This document shows, one piece after another, positions 57,526-64,000 of a DNA stretch of 64,000 nt. Under the pieces are notes generated by a model. The model was not told the DNA's origin. It did no database searches and was given only the letters and a program-made list of their open reading frames with translations. The stretch is from Macrostomum lignano. Lineage: Eukaryota. The translations under genes were made by a program, and so were the position numbers. The DNA lies in assembly GCA_002269645.1 (NCBI GenBank), contig NIVC01000093.1, positions 372,001-436,000 on the forward strand. The letters are read 5' to 3'. Numbering within the stretch: the stretch's first letter is position 1; each line of letters starts with the position of its first letter.

Positions 57526-60500
57526 GTATTCTGTAAGGATACTGAGGACGAGCTCAACCTCTTCCATTGATTTTTTTGGACACGACCGTTCAGAAACGCA
57601 TTGTTCCGAGTCTGATAACCTGGCTGCCAAGATTTAGTTGCTTTATCTTGTCTCATTTTTAAAGGTCGCTGTGACCTACGCGCGTTGTTCGCTGCATCCT
57701 GCATTTTAGAGTCTACGACTCATTCGGTTTTACATAGCGTCTGTTTTAAATGGAGAGTACCTTTTTATTTTACATTTGCGCGCGCGCTCATGACTCATCT
57801 ATGACTCATCTATATTCTACCTCTCACTTCTCTCGCCTCGCTTAAAAATATCTGCGTTTATAATAATAGGCTTAAGGAAGAACATACAATGTGAACTCGA
57901 AATATCGGCACTTAGCTTTAATATCAGCGTTACCATGTCAAGTGCTTTGGGTTTGAGCACTCTTCCATCTCCCCGCTTCCCCCTCTCTCCGTTTATCTCT
58001 CTCATAGCTTATTGGATAGATTAGCAACGCACTATCTCTCATAGTTTGTTTGATAGATTAGCAATCCATTCTCTCTCATAGTTTGCTGGTTTGTTTGATA
58101 GATTACCAATCTATTTGTCTCAGTTTGTTGGATAGATTAGCAACCCACTATCTCTCATAGTTTGTTGGATAGATTAGCAATCCATTCTCTCTCATAGTTT
58201 GTTGGATAGATTAGCAATCCATTCTCTCTCATAGTTTGTTGGATAGATTAGCAATCGATTCTCTCTCATAGTTTGTCTGATAGATTAGCAACCCACTATC
58301 TCTCATAGTTTGTTTAATAGATTAGCAACCCACTATCTCTCATAGTTTGTTTGATAGATTAGCAACCCACTATCTCTCATAGTTTGTTTGATAGATTAGC
58401 AACCCACTATCTCTCATAGTTTGTTTAATAGATTAGCAACCCACTATCTCTCATAGTTTGTTTGATAGATTAGAAATCCATTCTCTCTCTCTATCTTTCT
58501 TTTATCTCTCATTTTGTTGGATAGACTAGCAATCCATAATATTTCTATCGTACGCATTTGAATTGGCTCATTTAGAAGTCAGAATTTGATCGCGGCAGAA
58601 CACTAGCACAGAGCAGCTACAGTGTATCAGCAATTGCACACAGAGCAGAGCCTTCTGGAGTTTCACGCTCGGATTAATAAAATCTGGAACTCAAGTAAAT
58701 TCAATTTCAAGTCTGGAACTGAAAATTGCTGATTGCAAAGAGGTAAAAGTGCAACCGTTTTTAAGCTGGTTTTTACTGATAAAACAGCATTTCTTCCAGC
58801 TTGTGATTATATCAGCCGAAACAAACTGGTTAGTTAACATCTGGCAAGACAGGCATATGGGACAAGCCTTGAACTTTATTCATATCAACCAACTGGTGGC
58901 ACCAGCAACTATGATTTTTTTACATTATTTGAAATTTTAAAGCCAGATACAAGTTAATACAAGCTAACCCACATTGACTCTCTGCCAATAAGAATCGCGC
59001 CCACCCCAACTCCCCTCTCTATCAGCTAATGAAAATCGCACCCACCCCAACTCCTCTCTCTCAGCCAATGAGAATACATTTATTCTCATTTCAACCCCAT
59101 CAACCCCAAAAATTCATTCACCCACCTCAGCGACCCCTCCTTCAGCCAATGAGAATCGCACTAATTCCAACCCGCTCTTCTCAGCTAATTGAGAAAAGAA
59201 TCGCACCCACCCTAATTCCCCTCTCTCCCCCAGCCAATAAAAATCGCACCCACCCTAACTCCCCTCTCTCCCTCAGCCAATGAGAATCGCACCCACCTCA
59301 ACTATTACAATACCTCCATTAGCCAATAAGAAACAATCTCTATCTAAAGTGACCAATCAGAACCCTTTTAATCAGAGGGCCCACCAACCTTATCAAGCTG
59401 GCCGGCAGCAGCTTCAATCTCGTCCAACAACTGGTCAGGATCGGCTCTGCCAAGCAGGCCAGCCTCGCTAAGCCGAGGCCTCAAATACCGGTGCGACTGC
59501 CACAGCTTGTTAATTAGCCTTGAGCAGGTGTCAACTAGCTGAGGATCGAAGGCCACCCGATCCAACTGGAACCGGTGACTGCACAGGGCCAAACGCAGAG
59601 CATCCGGGCCACCCCGGCCAACCAGTTCAATCGGGTCGATCACGTTGCCGCGACTTTTGCTCATTTTTCTGCCTCGAGAATCGCACACTAATCCGTTTAA
59701 CAATACCCTGCGGAATGGCAGCTGGCCGCCCGTCAGCTGCTGGGTCAGCATGACCATCCTGGCAGCCCAGAAGAACAGTATATCGTGCCCGGTCTCCAGC
59801 AGGCTGAGCGGGAATCGACTAGGATTAGGCGGATCCGAGTCCGGCCAATCGGCCAGGGACAGAGGCAGCAGGCCGGACGAGAACCAGGTGTCGAGAACGT
59901 CAGAATCGCGGCGAAGGGTAAATGAAGAGGACGGCGGTGTCGTTTGAAACTTCTGACGGGCAGCCTGGGCGGCCTCTGACTCGGAGCGGGCGGCCAACCA
60001 GCCCAGACTGGAGCCGTTCGAGTCCAGCACCTGCCGTGCGGGGAAATTGAGGAGCTGTTTTTGATGGGGAGGCTATGGAATTTTTATAGGGGGATTGGAA
60101 GAAGTTTTTAATTATACAGGCGTTCGGGGATTACTATAATCGAGTAATTACTATAGCGCGGGGAGAGGGTAAAGCGGGTGGCAGGGGACAGCGGAAGGAG
60201 AGGGGAAAGCGGAGGGGAAAGCTGGGGGGAGGGGAAAGCGGGAGGAGAGGGGAAAGCGGGAGGAGAGGGGAAAGCGAGAGGAGAGGGGAAAGCGGGAGGA
60301 GAGGGGAAAGCGGAGGGGAAAGCGGGAGGAGAGGGGAAAGCGGGAGGAGAGGGGAAAGCGGGAGGAGAGGGGAAAGCGGGAGGAGAGGGGAAAGCGGGAG
60401 GAGAGGGGAAAGCGGGAGGAGAGGGGAAAGCGGGAGGAGAGGGAAAGCGGGAGGAGAGGGGAAGCGGGAGGAGAGGGGAAAGCGGGAGGAGAGGGGAAAG

Positions 60501-63500
60501 CGGGAGGAGAGGGGAAAGCGGGAGGAGAGGGGAAAGCGGGAGGAGAGGGAAAGCGGGAGGAGAGGGGAAAGCGGGAGGAGAGGGGAAAGCGGGAGGAGAG
60601 GGGAAAGCGGGAGGAGAGGGGAAAGCGGGAGGAGAGGGGAAAGCGGGTAAAAACGGTAAATTTTAAAGCGCAACCACCTCGTACGCCGGCACCCGGTGGC
60701 CCCACCAGATCTGGCGGGAGATGCACCAGTCTCCGGTGCGCCTCATCCACTCCAACCAGTCGGCCGCGTAGCCTTCTGGCTGGATGCTCAACTGTCCGGA
60801 TCGGACAGCCTCTCCGGCCAGACTGGCCGGGCCGCCGCTAGAATTCGAAGAGGAATTGTCCGAGCTGCCCCGACAGCGGACAAACCATTGGCTTTTGAGT
60901 TGTTGTTCGACTATGTCACCGCTGCGACTGCAGATTGGCAGCGTCATCTGCGAGAGGATGAGGCTGGATTTGGTTGACTACTGAGCTCAGATGAGGCAGA
61001 TCCTGAAGGCGCTTCTATTAGGCAGAGGGTGACAAACATTAGGAGATGGCAGTCATTAGGAGATGGCAGTCATTAGAGGATGGCAATCATTAGAGGATGG
61101 CAATCATTAGAGGATGGCAATCATTAGAGGATGGCAATCATTAGAGGATGGCAATCATTAGAGAATGGCAATCATTAGAGGATGGCAATCATTAGAGGAT
61201 GGCAATCATTAGAGAATGGCAATCATTAGAGGATGGCAATCATTAGAGGATGGCAATCATTAGAGGATGGCAATCATTAGAGGATGGCAATCATTAGAGG
61301 ATGGCAATCATTAGAGGATGGCAATCATTAGAGGATGGCAATCATTAGAGGATGGCAATCATTAGAGGATGGCAATCATACGAGGATGGCAATCATAAGA
61401 GGATGGCAATCATTAGAGGATGGCAATCATTAGAGGATGGCGGTCCTTAGAGGATGGAGCTCATCAGATGATGAGGCTACAGTTACGCACCAGCTGCCTT
61501 ACCGAGTGTTTTTCTGCGCCTCGATACAAGCCCAGCTCGGTCAGCCACTGCAGAATCCGATCGCGAGCTTCAAATCTGGGCAGCCCAACCAGTTCAGCCG
61601 GAGCCCCGCAGTCGGCGCCAACCGCGCCAGCCTCGGTGAACACTGTCAGCGGAGGCGTCTCCGACAATGCTGGCGTCTCAGCGACAATGTCGAAGTCGGC
61701 CCGACTGTGCCCGGGCGTCAGCTTGACGGCACCGCTGCCGAAGTTCGGATCAACGCTGGCGTGCCCGACGATTGGCAGCAGGCGTCCCGTAGGAGACAGC
61801 GGATGTCGGAGCTGTCGACGGCCGATCAGCGAAGCATAGCGCGCATCGTCGGGATGCACAGCCACGGCAGTGTCACCCAGAATCGTCTCCGGGCGCGTGG
61901 TGGCAACGACGACGCCGTCGTCGTCGCCTTTGGCGTCGGCGAAAGGGTAGAGAAACCGGTGGAGCCGGCCGAATTCAACGGGTCGAGAATGGCCGGGCAC
62001 CGGAAGCCGGGTGGGACCAGAGATTTCCCGGGTTTCCACCTGTTAAAAGTTGGTCATGCGAGTCACGCGACTTATATTCTCACTGCATCTGGTCACGTGA
62101 CTTATTATCGCTGCATCTGGTCACGTGACTTATTCTCGCTGCATCTGGTCACGTGCCTTATATTATTGCTGCATCTGGTCACGTGACTTATATTATTGCT
62201 GCATCTGGTTACGTGACATATTATCGCTGCATCTGGTCACGTGCTTATTATTGCTGCATCTGGTCACGTGCCTTATATTATCGCTGCATCTGGTCACGTG
62301 ACTTATATTATCGCTGCATCTGGTCACGTGACTTATATTATCGCTGCATCTGGTCACGTGACTTATATTATCGCGGTATCTGGTCACGCGACTTATATTA
62401 TCGCTGTATCAGGTCGCGTGACTTTGATTATCCACGTATATAGTCAGACGCAGGGACAACTAAAACACTCGTGGTCCCTGGTCCCTGGTCAGACGTGTAG
62501 TCACATGATTTATAGACCGTCTAATTAAAGTGGTCACGTGATTTAATGCGATTCGGTCTGGCCGCATGAACGATTCGCACAGTTTTTTTAGAAATGAGGC
62601 TGAGTTCAGTAAATGGTGGCTGAGCTGATGGCTGAGCTCAGTAAATGATGGCTGAGCCGATGGCTGAGCTGATGGTTGAGCTCAGTAAATGATGGCTGAG
62701 CCAAGCTACTCACGAGAGCAGGGCAAGGTTAGCAAATAGCTTAGTTCAGGCATCTTTCTAAAAACAACAATCACAGGCTCTGTTAAAAACATTTTAGAAG
62801 CCATAAAAAAGCTATAACCCGCTTGAGCAATTGTCTTTGCAGACAATTGATTCTGTTCGGTGTAATAAAAAGCTGAAAAATCTATAGGTTTTTGTAGGAT
62901 TGGCTTATGTAGGAAAGTGGAACAAAGGACCTCAGAAAAAAGGAGTGCTTCCGGGATTAAATGAATAAAGCTTGACTAACAATAGAAAATATATTATTTT
63001 TCTCGCTATTAAACAGGCTTTAAACTACATCGCATATTGTCGCGAATTTTTGTTAACTTTTTTCAAACCTTTTTCCATACCTTCATAGCACTACTCGTAA
63101 ATGGGGTTTTGCCATAGACAAAATCGATTGAGAAAAATCCTATTCTTATTTTTAGCGACAAAAGTTGTGCAAAGTCTCATAGGTGCCTATGATAAAATAT
63201 GTACAGCGCTTATAATAAAAGATACAATCTTCTGACAGAATTGTTGAATATCTCAATGCTCACCTCGATATCTGAGATGGCGGACCCCAGGGCGCAGGAC
63301 CAGTTGACCAGCTGCTGAGAGCGATAGATCAGGCCCTGATTAAACAGCCTGACAAATGCCTCAGTTACAACCCGCGAGTGCTTCTAAAAAACAGTTCGGA
63401 TTTTAATAACACTTACTGCTCGAATTGCGTTACTTTCTACTACTGAGAGTAGAGTGATATGAGTAAATTATTAACTCGCCTCATTATAGGTGAAGAACTC

Positions 63501-63561
63501 TTCACTCCAGTCAACCGATAGGCCGAGTACTCGTATCTGCTGCCGGATTTCTGAGCGCTTT
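43395..63561 (-). CDS. VARS2: Valyl-tRNA synthetase, 3' nine exons (5' end outside the window); divergence suggests the mitochondrial VARS2 type
   Basis: Exons 63561-63480, 63383-63264, 62039-61503, 60947-60678, 60030-59389, 57375-56937, 50368-50190, 43754-43590 and 43466-43395, all in phase. Motifs: [95 protein letters not shown], the anticodon-binding domain and a C-terminal coiled coil. VARS2 versus VARS1 is an inference. Confidence 0.9.
43761..44732. repeat. (AGAC)n microsatellite with variants
   Basis: Directly visible. On the minus strand it forms the pyrimidine tract of the 43754 acceptor. Confidence 0.95.
44978..45630. repeat. 20-bp minisatellite (CTCCCTCCCTCCCATTCTCA)
   Basis: Tandem units in a ValRS intron. 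Confidence 0.95.
46128..49990. repeat. 22-bp satellite (GATAGACATGGATAGAGATTCA), about 175 units
   Basis: 3.9-kb array with recurrent variant units. Confidence 0.97.
50420..51140 (-). repeat. 28-bp minisatellite family, array 3 (reverse orientation on +)
   Basis: CTGGCCCAGCAACTGAGGATCTGGGAGG is the reverse complement of the COPE-associated unit. Confidence 0.95.
51335..51973 (+). CDS. Intronless 212-aa protein with two tandem LIM-like C4 zinc-finger motifs, nested antisense in a ValRS intron
   Basis: Non-repetitive GC-rich ORF with ATG and stop. [27 protein letters not shown] and [27 protein letters not shown] each resemble the second LIM finger C-x2-C..DG.(I/L)C-x2-C. Confidence 0.7.
   Translation: MATAPPTQPSPSAAAAAPSLPDAGGSAQRFPELLLKLRGHRNTDIRDGKCRIVYRSELDPRWTEPQVIDESVVIERNRLESLNLQRINPDVKERTHVKCICTRLLNLREDWYAHLYDGTIICNACARCFRCRTLCFTAAKKLNSIDGFVLCNTCMLSYGRYKEPKIKIRLQPLPKSLGDMETEAAKQQSTPVQESHMTTESIQANNANSSNG
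51993..53275 (-). repeat. 29-bp derivative of the 28-bp family (GCAACTGAGGATCTGGGGATAGTTGCTTA), about 44 units
   Basis: Shares the AGCAACTGAGGATCTGGG core; begins about 20 nt after the stop of ORF 51335-51973. Confidence 0.95.
53571..54164 (+). CDS. Intronless 197-aa protein with one degenerate LIM domain, nested antisense in a ValRS intron
   Basis: [43 protein letters not shown] matches the LIM pattern C-x2-C-x18-H-x2-(C)-F-x-C-x2-C..C, with Ala at the fourth ligand. AATAAA lies at about 54235-54240. Confidence 0.75.
   Translation: MDHSNQRDTFSFSFPTRRAGAAEGGGGATVEVLTEPRFRKEGRRPLRQILYPDPRKPNHNRPDYRFEPPPYLAVDRNIGPQACPSCQQQALSQALVVPGIARVYHERAFQCAACQKPMHSGYQLPDIQFEGCSCPTKPMVWCTKVACQQARLLHHSEANCQLEPLHPGGRPKRDVPGILPRFDPKDLKKYHKERHAA
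54320..56925. repeat. 39-bp minisatellite (GCAATCCATTCTAATTATAATAGTAGATAGACTAGACTA), about 65 units
   Basis: Directly visible tandem units. Confidence 0.97.
58005..58535. repeat. 37-bp minisatellite (TTAGCAATCCATTCTCTCTCATAGTTTGTTGGATAGA)
   Basis: Tandem units sharing the TAGCAATCCATTCT core with the 39-bp array. Confidence 0.9.
58980..59330. repeat. Degenerate approximately 40-bp repeat (CAGCCAATGAGAATCGCACCCACC)
   Basis: Several imperfect copies next to the 59389 donor. Confidence 0.75.
60160..60647. repeat. 18-bp purine-rich minisatellite (GGGAGGAGAGGGGAAAGC)
   Basis: Tandem units filling the ValRS intron 60031-60677. Confidence 0.95.
61043..61455. repeat. 17-bp minisatellite (CATTAGAGGATGGCAAT)
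   Basis: About 23 units in the ValRS intron 60948-61502. Confidence 0.95.
62085..62425. repeat. 30-bp minisatellite (CACGTGACTTATATTATCGCTGCATCTGGT)
   Basis: About 11 units in a ValRS intron. Confidence 0.92.
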
Positions 63562-63689
63562 CTGTCCCGGGCAGATGAAGGTGAAAAAATCTACCTTGAG
63601 CATGAGTCAAAATTCGCTGCTTAATTTTATAATGCACCTTCTTTGTTCACAGAATTCTCGTTTCTATTCTCAGTCTCCATATATCCATC

Positions 63690-64000
63690 CTCAGAATCCC
63701 CATCTATATCCACAGAATCTCAAGTTCTGAAATCCACATCCCCGAACTAGAATCATCATACCCATTCTTAGAATCCTCATCCTTACCCCAGAGTCCAAAT
63801 CCCTACTCCAGATCCACATCCCTACCCCAGAATCCCCATCTTCGACCCCATAATACACATCCCTACCCCTAAATCCCCATACCTACCCCAGAATCCTCAT
63901 CCCTACCCCAAAATCACCATCTTCGACCCTAAAATCTCCATCTCTACCCCAAAATCCCCATCCCTACCCTAGAATCCCCATTTCGATCCGATAATCCCCA
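63690..64000. repeat. Degenerate C-rich repeat (ATCCCTACCCCAGAATCCCC)
   Basis: Imperfect tandem units running off the window end. Confidence 0.75.

Overview
This is eukaryotic (animal) genomic DNA, most likely from a free-living flatworm of the Macrostomum type. That is an inference from the two-domain p40-like small HSP, GC-rich exons and minisatellite-filled introns; no database check was possible. Genes reconstructed by hand from splice sites and reading frames: an intronless, divergent ankyrin/TRPV-like channel (+); a two-domain alpha-crystallin sHSP (-); a complete 11-exon ERG/KCNH2-type K+ channel (-, 1017 aa); a 4-exon CRIP LIM-only gene (+, 76 aa); a 5-exon coatomer epsilon gene (+, 303 aa); a 5-exon orphan gene (+, 282 aa); and the 3' nine exons of a valyl-tRNA synthetase (-, 5' part outside the window). 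One ValRS intron holds two intronless antisense ORFs, each with degenerate LIM-like zinc-finger motifs, separated and flanked by minisatellites. Non-coding DNA is dominated by about 25 tandem arrays, six copies of a tRNA-derived SINE with a CORE-like domain, a hAT-type MITE with an 8-bp TSD, two foldback elements and a decayed Gypsy fragment. Most long ORFs in the supplied track are artefacts of tandem repeats. There are no CRISPR arrays, rRNA genes or intact tRNA genes.
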